Origin: Macrostomum lignano
Taxonomy: Eukaryota
Direction of reading: 5' to 3'
DNA length: 64,000 nucleotides
Assembly: GCA_002269645.1 (NCBI GenBank)
Contig: NIVC01000146.1
Coordinates: 62,001 to 126,000, forward strand
Under the pieces are notes generated by a model, which was not told the origin of the DNA, did no database searches, and was given only the letters and a program-made list of their open reading frames with translations. Each line of letters starts with the position of its first letter. The first letter of the stretch is position 1. Positions 35,101-46,145 of the stretch are shown here, in pieces. A program made the translations under genes and the position numbers.

Positions 35101-38100
35101 TTTCCAAAATTAAAGCGCCATTTCCAAATCTAAGCGCTATTTCCAAACCTAAGCGCCATTTCCAAATCTAAGCGCTATTTTCAAAATTGAGGTGCCATTT
35201 CCAAAATCAAGGCGCTATTTCCAAACCTAAGCGCCATTTCCAAATCTAAGCGCCTTTTCCAAATCTAAGCGCCATTTTCAAAATCTAAGCGCCATTTTCG
35301 GAAATCAAGGTGCCATTTCCTAAATGGAAGCGCCATTTCAAAAACCTAAGCGCCATTTCCAAATCTAAGCGCCATTTCCAAAATCAAGGCGCCATTTTCA
35401 AAATCAACTTGCCATTTTCACAACAGAAGCGCCATTTCCAAAAGTAGAGCGCCATTTCCCAAATCTAAGCGCGATTTCCAAAATCAAGTTGCCATTTTCA
35501 AAATCAAGGCGCCATTTCTAAAATTAAAGCGCCATTTTAAAATCCAGGGGCCATTTTGAAAATCGAGGTGCCATTTTCAAAATCGAGGTGCCATTTTCAA
35601 AATCGCGGCGCCATTTTCAAATCCAAGCGCCATTTTTAAAATCAAGGCGCCATTTTCAAATCCAAGCGCCATTTTCAAAATCGAGGCGCCATTTCCAAAA
35701 TCAAGGTGTCATTTCCGAGATCAAGGTGCCATTTCAAAAATCAAGGTGTCATTTCCGAGATCAAGGTGCCATTTCCGAAATCAAGGCGCCATTTCCAAAA
35801 TCAAAGTGCCATTTTCAAAATGAAGACGCTCTCTTTTTCTTAAATTGATGTGTAATCTAGTTGACGGTATTTCTAATTGTTTTCAATAACTATTTTTATG
35901 CGATTATAAAATTAAGGGTGAGCCTTACTCGCATACTCCTATAATTTTAAACTTACGTTTGCATCCTTAGCCCAGCCATCTCACTGTCCCTCACTTTTAG
36001 CTCTTTCCTGGAAAGGGACTCCTACATGTGCAGGTAGCTGCTGGGTCGATATAACTAATATAGAAAGTTATCAGAATCGATTAAGCATGTATCATTGTGA
36101 ATATCATTTTTAGCAGTCAGTTTGCATGAGAACAAAGAGTTAATTATTGTTTCTTTGAATATTTGCTGAATGGCCAATTTTAAAGTTGAAAGTTTTTTGT
36201 TAATATTAGAAAATCCCATTTCTTAGAAAACGTGCTAGATTTTAAAAAATATTGTCGTATTTTCTTTGCTTGTTTTGTTACTTTTTTTTGCAAACCACTT
36301 GCCACTATATCTCAACATTATTTAGCCAATCAAAATTGCTTCTTCAGACAGATTCGAACCTTCCAGTGCAGCAATCACGGGCAAGCCGTGTACTTTTGCT
36401 CTCCGAGTGAACTGCAGAAAATCACTCTGTCCAGTGAGATGAGGTGAGGCACTGATTAAATGAATGTAATCATAGCATGTTATATTTATGCTATTTTTAC
36501 ATATATTACATTTATTAATAAATGAACTTATTTGGCAAGATACCAGTACATGTATTAAACAGCTAATCCACCCAACACGAAAAAAGGAATAGAATGGATT
36601 GCTGATCTAGCCAACACAGATGAAGGAATAGAATGGATTGCTAATCTAGCCAACACAGATGAAGGAATAGAATGGATTGCTAATCTATCCAACACAGATG
36701 AAGGAATAGAATGGATTGCTAATCTATCCAACACAGATGAAGGAATAGAATGGATTGCTAATCTATCCAACACAGATGAAGGAATAGAATGGATTGCTAA
36801 TGTAGCCAACACAGATGAAGGAATAGAATGGATTGCTAATCTATCCAACACAGATGAAGGAATAGAATGGATTGCTAATCTAGCCAAAAAGAATGAAGGA
36901 ATAACATGAATTGCTAATACATTTAACCCGCAGCAACGACCTGAACGACATGCTGGCGGATCTGTACATTCCCTGCGACTTGCCCGAGCCGCCAAAGAAG
37001 AACTTTCTAGAAAAATTCGGTCAGAATCTTTTCGGAAGCGGCGCGTCTTCAATCGACCGGGAGCAGCTCTGTGAGTTGCTTTGCATTACCTGCCGACTCT
37101 GCTTGTTAGTAGTATCAAGCGGATTTTCAGTGCTATTTCTACGATAAAAACTCGATTATGTTTTTATTATTTCAGTTGGCGAGGCCGCCGCGGGCAAGGC
37201 GTCCGCCGGCATCTGCAAGCTGACGCGCGGCCCCAACATGGAGGGCGTTCAGGCCAGGGCCGCCGGCGCCTCCTCCGAGATCGGGCTGGCCATGCAGGTG
37301 AGCCCTACACCTACCCTTCATCTCACCCTGGCTTCTGTCTCCTGAAATCTCTTGTTTTATTTAGTCTCCCTTCATCTCACCCTTCATTCAATCTCTTTTA
37401 ATCTCACCACTCTTCTCATCCTTCGTTTCACCCTACATTAAGTCTCTCTTCCTCTCACCCTTAATCTCACCCCTTATTTCCCATTCATCTCACTCTTCAT
37501 CTCATCCTTCGTCTCACCCTTAATCTCATCCTTCGTCTCACCCTTAATCTCATCCTTCGTCTCACCCTTAATCTAATCCTTCGTCTCACTCTTCATCTCA
37601 TCCTTCGTCTCACCCTTAATCTCATCCTTCGTCTCACCCTTAATCTCATCCTTCGTCTCACCCTTAATCTCATCCTTCGTCTCACTCTTCATCTCATCCT
37701 TCGTCTCACTCTTCATTTTGTCTACCGTATCCCACCCTTTTCAATCTCCATTCAATTCTCATTCTTTATAAGCTTCTTTTCTTCCTTTAATCTCATTTTT
37801 CATCATTAGTCTCCAGTCTCCCCGATTGAAGCCTGACTATCTGGTTTAGCTCACTAAATATTACACCCTCTACTGGTTGATCTTAAACAAAAAGCAACAA
37901 AATTACTTGCTAAGCATCAGACAGGGAGCCGTGCAGATGCAGTCAACTGATTCGTCTGCAAAGATAGATAAGTGCTACTTCATACCATAACATTTCGGCA
38001 ATAATCTCCTTTGGGACTCGACTAAGCTTTTCAATGATACAGTTTCACTAAGGATTTCTGTTTGATATTCAGCCGGCTCCATCATTAATTTATGCTGCTA

Positions 38101-39204
38101 TCCCTTGAATTTCGCTTTCAAAGCAGTTCTTGTTTGTTTGAGCTCTTATACTGCCATTCATTGAATTTCTGGCATCGCCTTCTCCCCTCCGCCTTCTCCC
38201 CTTCGCCTTCTCCCCTTCGCCTTCCCCCCTCCGCCTTCCTCCCTCCGACTTCTCCCCTCCGCCTTCCCCCCTCCGCCTTCCCCCCTCCGCCTTCCTCCCT
38301 CCGTCTTCCCCCCTCCGCCTTCCTCCCTCCGTCTTCTCCCCTTCGCCTTCCCCCCTCCGCCTTCCCCCCTTCGCCTTCTCCCCTCCGCCTTCTCCCCTTC
38401 GCCTTCCCCCCTCCGCCTCCCCCCCTCCGCCTTCCCCCCTCTGTCTTCTCCCCTTCGCCTTCTCCCCTCCGCCTTCTCCCCTCCGCCTTCTCCCCTTCGC
38501 CATCTCCCCTCCACCTTCTCCCCTCCGACTTCTCCCCTCCGCCTTCTCCCCTCCGACTTCTCCCCTCCGACTTCTCCCCTCCGACTTCTCTCCTCCGCCT
38601 TCTCCCCTTCGCCTTCTCCCCTCCGACTTCTCCCCCCTCCGACTTCTCCCCTCCGACTTCTCCCCTCCGACTTCTCACTCCGACTTCTCCCCTCCGCCTT
38701 CTCCCCTCCGACTTCTCCCCTCCGACTTCTCACTCCGACTTCTCCCCTCCGCCTTCTCCCCTCCGTCTTCCCCCTCCGCCTTCTCCACTCCTACTTCTCC
38801 ACCCTCCGACTTCTTACCTCCGACTTCTCCCCTCCGACTTCTCCCCTCCGACTTCTCCCCTCCTACTTCTTGCCTTCTTACAAGCCCTTTGAGTACAGAA
38901 GCTCCAAGCTTTTATTATACTAGAATACCCGATGAATATAAATTTCATTCCGATATTTTGCTGCACATTATATACCTTTAGCCTGTTTTCCCTTGCACAA
39001 ATTAATCATTTCGGCAGCCGTCTGAATCCCCTCCCTTATTTTCGCCCCGACAACCCGCAGAAAGCGATGGAGCGCGGCGAGAAGCTGAGCGAAGTGGACG
39101 AGCAGACCGAACGGATGAAGAACTCTGCCGAGCAGCACAGGAATGTTGCCGGCCAGCTGGCGCAAAAGTACAAAGATAAGGACAAGAAATGGTGGCCGTT
39201 TTGA
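14330..39204 (+). CDS. STXBP5: Tomosyn / syntaxin-binding protein 5 (Lgl-family WD40 protein with C-terminal R-SNARE); 5' exons absent
   Basis: GT-AG exons: 14330-14596, 14738-14971, 16502-16574, 19391-19940, 20049-20186, 24360-24508, 24819-24907, 25145-25221, 31027-31417 (or -31222), 32877-32987, 33621-34099, 34776-34981, 36348-36443, 36934-37070, 37176-37297, 39061-39204. Phases are compatible from 14738 onward; the first exon needs two 1-nt corrections. Recognised motifs: YPNFENPYPMDLHESPVT, ILVTGHADGSLKFWDAS, SPGYQPELV, PCLWVGT, QPVIVSPSG, LPSLRPLMDV, IDREQLFGE, and the terminal R-SNARE AMERGEKLSEVDEQTERMKNSAEQH...KYKDKDKKWWPF*. Confidence 0.95.
15089..15199. mobile_element. 111-bp MITE (hAT-like) with perfect 20-bp TIRs and an internal (GTCT)n
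   Basis: CAAGGACCACTAGAAGTTAC at 15089-15108 and its exact reverse complement at 15180-15199. Flanks AACTAAAG / AACTAAAA are an 8-bp TSD with one mismatch. Confidence 0.8.
15320..16240 (+). pseudogene. Degenerate reverse transcriptase of a Penelope-like element (PLE) in a tomosyn intron
   Basis: Broken frames carry GNGVAILNTEDYINKL, AMGSPLA, KFYRRHVDDTFAI (YVDD-type catalytic motif), NSTQDNIKF, LPFIDL and LLHRAFTVCN, in the order typical of PLE RTs. Several stops and frameshifts. Confidence 0.75.
17070..17482. repeat. (TGTC/TGCC)n microsatellite
   Basis: Directly visible. Confidence 0.97.
21318..21655. repeat. 26-bp minisatellite (ACTGATGATGTAAACTGATAATGTTT)n, about 13 copies
   Basis: Directly visible. 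Confidence 0.96.
24575..24765. repeat. ~32-bp minisatellite (ACTAACGTTAGTTAACACACTGAAGTGTCAGC), about 6 copies
   Basis: Directly visible. Confidence 0.9.
25668..26060. repeat. ~38-bp C-rich minisatellite (CCCCTACAACCCCACCCCAGTCCAACCGCCCGCACAA)
   Basis: Directly visible. Confidence 0.93.
27050..27440. repeat. 18-bp minisatellite (TTCCAAGGGAAATCCCAT)n
   Basis: Directly visible; source of the FPREIP ORFs. Confidence 0.97.
28660..29170. repeat. ~110-bp tandem repeat rich in GGGATTCCC/CCATGG palindromes, about 4 copies
   Basis: CTCATTCTTGTAACCATGGAGCTATCGGAATTCCC recurs at about 110-bp spacing. Confidence 0.88.
29805..30430. repeat. 16-bp minisatellite (AACCAGGTTCTAGATT)n
   Basis: Directly visible. 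Confidence 0.96.
31786..32510. repeat. 19-bp G-rich telomere-like minisatellite (GGGATAGGGTTGGGGATTA)n
   Basis: Directly visible; one TTAGGG and three G-runs per unit. Confidence 0.96.
32992..33587. repeat. 23-bp minisatellite (GGACTGGAGGGAGCGGCAGTTCA)n filling nearly a whole tomosyn intron
   Basis: Begins a few nt after the donor at 32988 and ends about 30 nt before the acceptor at 33620. Confidence 0.97.
34178..34742. repeat. 9-bp minisatellite (ACCTCCGAC)n in a tomosyn intron
   Basis: Directly visible. Confidence 0.96.
35030..35830. repeat. Degenerate ~20-bp minisatellite (GCGCCATTTCCAAAATCAAG-like)
   Basis: Directly visible. Confidence 0.93.
36570..36920. repeat. 39-bp minisatellite (GATGAAGGAATAGAATGGATTGCTAATCTATCCAACACA), about 9 copies
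   Basis: Directly visible. Confidence 0.96.
37305..37800. repeat. CT-rich 24-bp minisatellite (TCTCACCCTTAATCTCATCCTTCG) with degenerate flanks
   Basis: Directly visible. Confidence 0.9.
38172..38880. repeat. ~14-bp pyrimidine-rich minisatellite (CTCCGCCTTCTCCC / CTCCGACTTCTCCC)n
   Basis: Directly visible. Confidence 0.95.
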
Positions 39205-39319
39205 CAGGCGCCGATCCCTCTCTCTCTCTCTCCCTGCCTCTTTCCCTGTGACAGAATTGCGGCACAGTTTTGTGAATTAAATGTTGAGTTGACGTTTTTA
39301 GTCAGGAACACAGAGCGCT

Positions 39320-40022
39320 CTCAGACCTACCCAGAGATGTGCTAGATCTACTCAGAGAAGTGCTAGACTTACTCAGAGAAGTGCTAGATCTACTCAGAGA
39401 AGTGCTAGACCTTATACTCTTAACTGCAGGGCAGTCCGAAGACGCAGCGGGGAGGCGAGCGTCGCCCATTCCGTTGCTAGACCTACTAAGAGAAGTTTTA
39501 GACGTAATCAGAGATGTGCTAGACCTACTCAGAGAAGTGCTAGACCTACTCAGAGAAGTGCTAGACCTACTCAGAGAAGTGCTAGACCTACTCAGAGAAG
39601 TGCTAGACCTACTCAGAGAAGTGCTAGACCTACTCAGAGAAGTGCTAGACTTACTCAGAGAAGTGCTAGACCTACTCAGAGATGTGCTAGACCTACTCAG
39701 AGAATTGCTAGACCTCAAAGTGCTAGACCCCAGTGCTAGAGTGCTAGAGTGCCAGAGTGCTAGACCCCAGTGCTAGACACCAAAACTCAAAGAAGTGCTA
39801 GACTTACTCAGAGAAGTGCTAGACCTACTCAGAGATGTGCTAGACCTACTCAGAGAATTGCTAGACCTCAAAGTGCTAGACCCCAGTGCTAGAGTGCCAG
39901 AGTGCTAGACCCCAGTGCTAGAGTGCTAGAGTGCCAGAGTGCTAGACCCCAGTGCTAGACACCAAAACTCAAAGAAGTGCTAGACTTACTAAGAGAAGTG
40001 CTAGACCTACTCAGAGAACTAC
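39320..40022. repeat. 21-bp minisatellite (TGCTAGACCTACTCAGAGAAG)n with an internal unique insert and a higher-order duplicated block
   Basis: Directly visible; starts about 115 bp 3' of the tomosyn stop. Confidence 0.95.
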
Positions 40023-42124
40023 CCGGCCTTACAAATCTATCAAATATTATAAAAGGATGTCTCTTATATCCTTAGCAGAAATAATAGTGGAGCGCCATAC
40101 CTATGCTAAGACGTGCGTCAGAACTTATCTAAAGAATATGCCGCACTTTAAATACACACTCGGCAAAGGTAGATGTTTACAATTCCTGGAAACGCAATCC
40201 ATTCCGCCAATTTTAATTTTCTGCTCTGATGCAAACTAATTTGTGTATTTTACGACAAAAAACTTTCCACATATTGTTTAGCTTTTAGTTACTGAAATAG
40301 CCTAAGATACTTTATATGAATGCATATATTAAGTCTGCTTTTGTTTTCTATTCTCTTGCCCGATGTGTCTGTGGTGTGTTATTTTCATTTTTATTTTCGT
40401 GCTGTTGTCACATGTAATCATTGTTTATTGTTTACTTTTATATTTTGTTTTACCTCTAGTCGTGCACAGGTGGAACTGAATTATAATTTTTAGTTACTCA
40501 TGGTTTGCTGAAAAACACCTAAATATTGTTGTTGCTTCTGCTGTCTATTTTTTTCACTAGTTTCAGTTTTCTGTGAAAACGAATATGTTCGACTAATTTC
40601 GACTATTTTTTGGGCAAGTCACAATGGTTTGTGTCGCGACAGAGTTTCTGTGACGTAAATGAATAATAGATCGCTTTTATCTGACGTAATAGAATTTTCG
40701 TAGTTGCGCCATTATTTTTAATTTTTGTGTCAAAAGTTGTCATAAAGACTTGTTTTTAATGTATATTTTTTTCGTTCATTAAAACAACAAATATTATCAA
40801 CGGTATAGTATTACAACGAAATTAGACTATTTCGACACCATAAACCATCAAAAAAATGTTTTTAATAAAGTCAAGACTGACGTTTTATGCATAACGAATA
40901 ACTTTGCTTACCACAAGTAAATGTTATAACTGTCTGGGTAACAAATAGATTATGAATTAGGTTTAGTCTATTTTTCAATTTACACGTGTGAAGGTTAAAT
41001 CTAATTATTTTGTTAATATTTAGCGTTTTGTTTTCAATCGTTGTCTTTTTAATACATTAAGCTAGTCATTAGTAAGTTTAAAAATACAGCTAACAATAAA
41101 AATGCTGTATACTTGTTTTATTAATAAAATGGCATAATTAATTGTTCGCCGGCATAAACGTTCCTTTTATCTCCATATTGTTACACGTGATACTGCATTG
41201 CATAGTATTTATTATTTACTTTTAAAAGCGCTATTTAACATTCAGGACATTGTTATCTTTATTTTTCATTCCCATCATTGTCCAATTTTTTGGATCAGCA
41301 AAAAGTTTCGCTGTAGCAGAAAGTCGGCTTTTCTTCTGCCTGCTACGTACCTGAAGCATAATCTGAGGCAATTTTCGTCTTGCTTATTCGAAAAGCACTG
41401 TAGCCCCTTAGAATCCCTTGAGAATTCTTCGCGCAAAATGATTTTTCTGTGCAATCTTACATTAAAATTTAAGCGAATCAATCCAGTTAATGATATTGGG
41501 CAACCCATGGGTTGATTTTGTTTTTGTTAATCTGCGCTTTGGTTAACGCGCTTTATATTGTCGCATCTATATATGTTGGTTACAAAGAAATTATACAATT
41601 AATTATAGTAAATAAGAGAATGCATATTAAAAGTTGCTTTCCAGCAACACAGTGAGTACTCTGTGTTAAACTCTTACTGTTTTGCTTTTTGTATTTTATT
41701 TTAAGATCAAATGATGTAATGGTCGAACTTACTCTCGATTAATACATGTATTAATGCACAAAAATACTATTAAGGATCATAAAAAATTCCGGACTTCGAG
41801 CGTACTAAATGTGAAAGAGTTTCAATTCTTTTACTAACATCAGACTGTTTCATTAGTAAACCTAGTTATTACTTTGATTTTAATTGTTACAGAATTAATT
41901 TTACAATCATACAGCTCGTACGCGCCTTTTAGAATTGTAAAAGGTCACTCTTTTCAGTACAGCGTCGCCACCGGGGGGACTGCTGGGGGGGGGACATGTC
42001 TCCTGCAGTAAAAGCTATGGGGGACATGCCAATGCTTTGTCACCCCACCCCACCTTTTAGCCAGTTATGGAAATCAATAATTTTGTTTCAGGGCTCCAAA
42101 ATATATATAGCACCTGCGGCACCA

Positions 42125-42385
42125 AAATGATTGCATGCGGCGCTAAAATGATTGCCTATGGCGCTAAAATGATTGTCTGCGGCGCTAAAATGATTGCCTA
42201 CGGCGCTAAAATGATTGTCTGCTTCGCTAAAATGATTGCCTATGGCGCTAAAATGATTGTCTGCGGCGCTAAAATGATTGCCTATGGCGCTAAAATGATT
42301 GCCTATGGCGCTAAAATGATTGCCTATGGCGCTAAAATGATTGCCTATGGCGCTAAAATGATTGCCTATGGCGCTAAAATGAGCG
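42125..42385. repeat. 21-bp minisatellite (GGCGCTAAAATGATTGCCTAT)n, about 12 copies
   Basis: Directly visible. Confidence 0.96.
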
Positions 42386-43024
42386 CTGAAAACACCGATT
42401 CTCAAAATACGATCAGTAATGTACATGTAGGAATTTATGTACATGTACATGTAAAATTCTTGGCTTTGTCCCCCGGCCAAAAAATCCATGGCGATGCCGC
42501 TTGGGTATAATTTCTAAAAATATAAAAGATTCTATACCTCGGGTGGAACAACAGTCCTGTTGTCAGTGCCGCCAGTTGAAGAATTTGGTAAAATCTTAAA
42601 AAATATTTGATAACTGTAGCCAGTAGCATACATGTAATGTCCATTTGCTTCATGACACGCTGGCAGTGGTCCACCGGCAGGATGACCTGGTGCCTGAATC
42701 TCCGAGTTTCTGCATGACGAGTTGCTGCATAAAATTGAAAGTGCGTCTGGTCCGGATCCATTCTTCCAATTTCGCTTCCTCAGCTTTTTGCACGCACTAT
42801 GGACACGTCAAAGTTGATTTGCTTGATAATGCTTGATAAGCTTGATAAGCTATGGTAATGCTTCTTTGAGCATAAAATTTCATTGAAAAATATTTATTTT
42901 TAGATGACTTACGGCCTAAACAACATGACTTTTGTTCCACGCGATGTTAAAAAAGCAGAAAAACAGTTCAAATGTGGTGAAAAGAGATTCAGAGCGGATT
43001 AAAGGGCAGACTCATGCAGCCCCA

Positions 43025-43845
43025 GATGCAGACAAGGGACTGGGAGAGGTGGGTATGGATGCAGACAGGGACTGGGAGAGGTGGGTATGGATGCAGACAG
43101 GGACTGGGAGAGGTGGGTATGGATGCAGACAGGGACTGGGAGAGGTGGGTATGGATGCAGACAGGGACTGGGAGAGGTGGGTATGGATGCAGACAGGGAC
43201 TGGGAGAGGTGGGTATGGATGCAGACAGGGACTGGGAGAGGTGGATACGGATGCAGACAGGGACTGGGAGAGGTGGATACGGATGCAGACAGGGACTGGG
43301 AGAGGTGGGTATGGATGCAGACGGGGACTGGGAGAGGTGGGTATGGATGCAGACAGGGACTGGGAGAGGTGGATATGGATGCAGACAGGGACTGGGAGAG
43401 GTGGATACGGATGCAGACAGGGACTGGGAGAGGTGGATACGGATGCAGACAGGGACTGGGAGAGGTGGGTATGGATGCAGACAGGGACTGGGAGAGGTGG
43501 GTATGGATGCAGACAGGGACTGGGAGAGGTGGGTATGGATGCAGACAGGGACTGGGAGAGGTGGGTATGGATGCAGACAGGGACTGGGAGAGGTGGGTAT
43601 GGATGCAGACAGGGACTGGGAGAGGTGGATACGGATGCAGACAGGGACTGGGAGAGGTGGGTATGGATGCAGACAGGGACTGGGAGAGGTGGATATGGAT
43701 GCAGACAGGGACTGGGAGAGGTGGGTATGGATGCAGACAGGGACTGGGAGAGGTGGGTATGGATGCAGACAGGGACTGGGAGAGGTGGGTATGGATGCAG
43801 ACAGGGACTGGGAGAGGTGGGTATGGATGCAGACAGGGATTGGGA
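43025..43845. repeat. 32-bp minisatellite (GATGCAGACAGGGACTGGGAGAGGTGGGTATG)n, about 25 copies
   Basis: Directly visible. Confidence 0.97.
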
Positions 43846-43941
43846 GGCGTGAGTGCTCACAACTTATTGTGCAGCTGGCAAATCGAAGCAAAGCTACTCA
43901 GAGAACCTGCACAGCTCTGAGACTGCTCTGACGGTGACTCC

Positions 43942-44355
43942 CTAAAGTGTCGCAGCCGCAGTCGTCGCCGCTGCGCAACTGCTGGCGTTCCTGCCGGCAG
44001 AACAGGCAGCAGCCACCGCATTCCGCAGGGCCTCCCGCTCCTCTTCCTCATCGATGGCGGCCCGCATGATGAGGTACAGCAGCAGTCCGAGGGCGGATAG
44101 GATCGCGAGACTCGAGCACAGGACCTTGATCGCTGTCGGGCTGCACAGTCCGCCTTCGTGGCGATTGTCCTCGGCGGCTACGGGTCCGGCCTGACGCCTC
44201 CAGCTGCTGCGGTGCGCGGCTGCCCTCGGAGGCCCGCCCGCCTGGCCGCTGCTCTCCTCCGCTTCGTTGCTGCCAAGCCGCCGCTCCGTCCAGTGATCGA
44301 AGGGCTGCATCATCAGCGTCACCTCCTGCAGGGTCATGCCGTCCACGGCGCCCAT
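43942..44355 (-). CDS. Hypothetical 137-aa single-pass membrane protein
   Basis: GC-rich ATG-started ORF with a CTCAG acceptor about 60 nt upstream. One hydrophobic segment (VLCSSLAILSALGLLLYLIM) is followed by DEEEEREAL and an NAS sequon. No family recognised. Confidence 0.55.
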   Translation of the reverse strand: MGAVDGMTLQEVTLMMQPFDHWTERRLGSNEAEESSGQAGGPPRAAAHRSSWRRQAGPVAAEDNRHEGGLCSPTAIKVLCSSLAILSALGLLLYLIMRAAIDEEEEREALRNAVAAACSAGRNASSCAAATTAAATL

Positions 44356-44469
44356 GCTCGGCGCTGATGGGCGGGCGGTGGCGGCGGCGGGGTCGGTGCA
44401 AATATCGGGTCGTCTGAGTCAGTTATATGCGTTCATAGAGCCACGGAGACACAGGTCAAGGGTTTCAAA

Positions 44470-44965
44470 TTTTGCGAGTCATGTGTTTCAAGTTCAAAAT
44501 GTCTCAGAATCATGTGTCTCAAGCTTAAAGTGTCTTAGAGTCATGTGTCTCAAGCTTAAAGTGTCTTAGAGTCATGTGTCTCAAGCTTAAAGTGTCTTAG
44601 AGTCATGTGTCTCAAGCTCAAAGTGTCTTAGAGTCATGTGTCTCAAGTTCAAACTGTCTCAGAGTCATGTGTCTCAAGTTCAAACTGTCTTGGAGTCATG
44701 TGTTTCAAGCTCAAAGTGTCTTAGAGTCATGTGTCTCAATCCCAAAGTGTATCAGAGTCACGAGTCTCAATATCAAAGTGTATCAGAGTCACGAGTCTCA
44801 ATATCAAAGTGTATCAGAGTCACGAGTCCCAATATCAAAGTGTCACGAGTCTCAATATCAAAGTGTCTCAGAGTCACGAGTCTCAATATCAAAGTGTCAC
44901 GAGTCTCAATATCAAAGTGTCTCAGAGTCTTGTGTCTCAAACTCAAAGTGTCTTAGAGACATGTG
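44470..44965. repeat. 31-bp minisatellite (GTCTCAAGCTTAAAGTGTCTTAGAGTCATGT) with a second variant block
   Basis: Directly visible. Confidence 0.95.
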
Positions 44966-45724
44966 TCGCAAGCTGAAGATTCTATTTATTCTACGTCATA
45001 ATAATGTGAACGAGGTTATCTAGTTTTTGCCTTCGAAATGTTCGTAAGTTCGAATTGAGGATTAATGAGTTCGAATTGAGGATTAATGAGTTCAATGACT
45101 AGTCATTAGTACATGAGTGGACATTATTGATGATCTTATTGAAATGCTCTTTTTGGACTTCAGAACTGAATTTTACAACCCACTTACTGCGTCGCTAGAA
45201 AGTACGACTCGATGTAATTCTTCTTGTCGAGTTTTGTCTCTTCTAGGTCAACTGGGCAAACTCCTGATAGTAATTTTTCGCGGCTCTTCAGCTCTTCAGA
45301 CTGCATGTCTGCAGGCACTCTGAGCATGTTTTGTTCTCCCGGATCACGTGAGGCTCCCTTCCAGACGCCGCGAGCTGCCAATCACCCCTGGCCCTGCGTC
45401 TGTTGTGAGCATGAGCACCAACCTCAGCCAATCAATCCGCACTGATTGAGCAGCTGCTCAGCGCTGACTTGTTGGCAAAAAATATACCAAAGCTTCGTTT
45501 GGTCCGGCCCTGCCGGCCAAGGCGACCATGGTAATCAAAATTCACCTCTTACCCCCAGTTTGAACTGGAGCCTCATATCAGCCGACAAGTAGATTGGGTC
45601 TGGCTGGGTCCCGGCAGCGGCTGGTGAGCCTCAGCCTCTTTTTTATAAACTAAAAAGCGATCAAATTAACTATGCATCGATTTTATATCCTAAAACTTGT
45701 ATTCCATTGGCGAATGTCCTACCG

Positions 45725-46145
45725 AATTCGGAATCCCACATTTGGAATACAACACTCGGAATCCCACATTCTCAATGCCGCATTGGGAATCCCACATTCG
45801 GAATCCCGCATTCAGAATCCCACACTCGGAATCCCGCATTCAGAATCCCACACTCGGAATCCCGCATTCGGAATGCCGCATTGGGAATCCCACACTCGGA
45901 ATCCCGCATTCGGAATGCCGCATTGGGAATCCCACATTCGGAATGCCGCATTCGGAATGCCGCATTGGGAATCCCACACTCGGAATCCCACATTCGGAAT
46001 CCAACACTCGGAATCCCACATTCGGAATGCCGCATTGGGAATCCCACATTCGGAATCCCACATTCGGAATCCCACACTCGGAATCTCGCATTCGGAATCC
46101 TGCATTTGGAATCCCACACTCGGAAATTCCTACACACTTGGAATC
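45725..46145. repeat. 14-bp minisatellite (CATTCGGAATCCCA-like)n
   Basis: Directly visible. Confidence 0.95.

Noticed and set aside
41958-42500. Possible hAT-type MITE enclosing the 21-bp array (CAGCGTCGCCA...TGGCGATGCCGCT)
   Set aside because: The terminal match is short and gapped and no TSD was found.
42435-42836. ORF fragments with a faint hAT-like LxxPRY motif (LLFHPRYR)
   Set aside because: A single loose motif with no other transposase signature.
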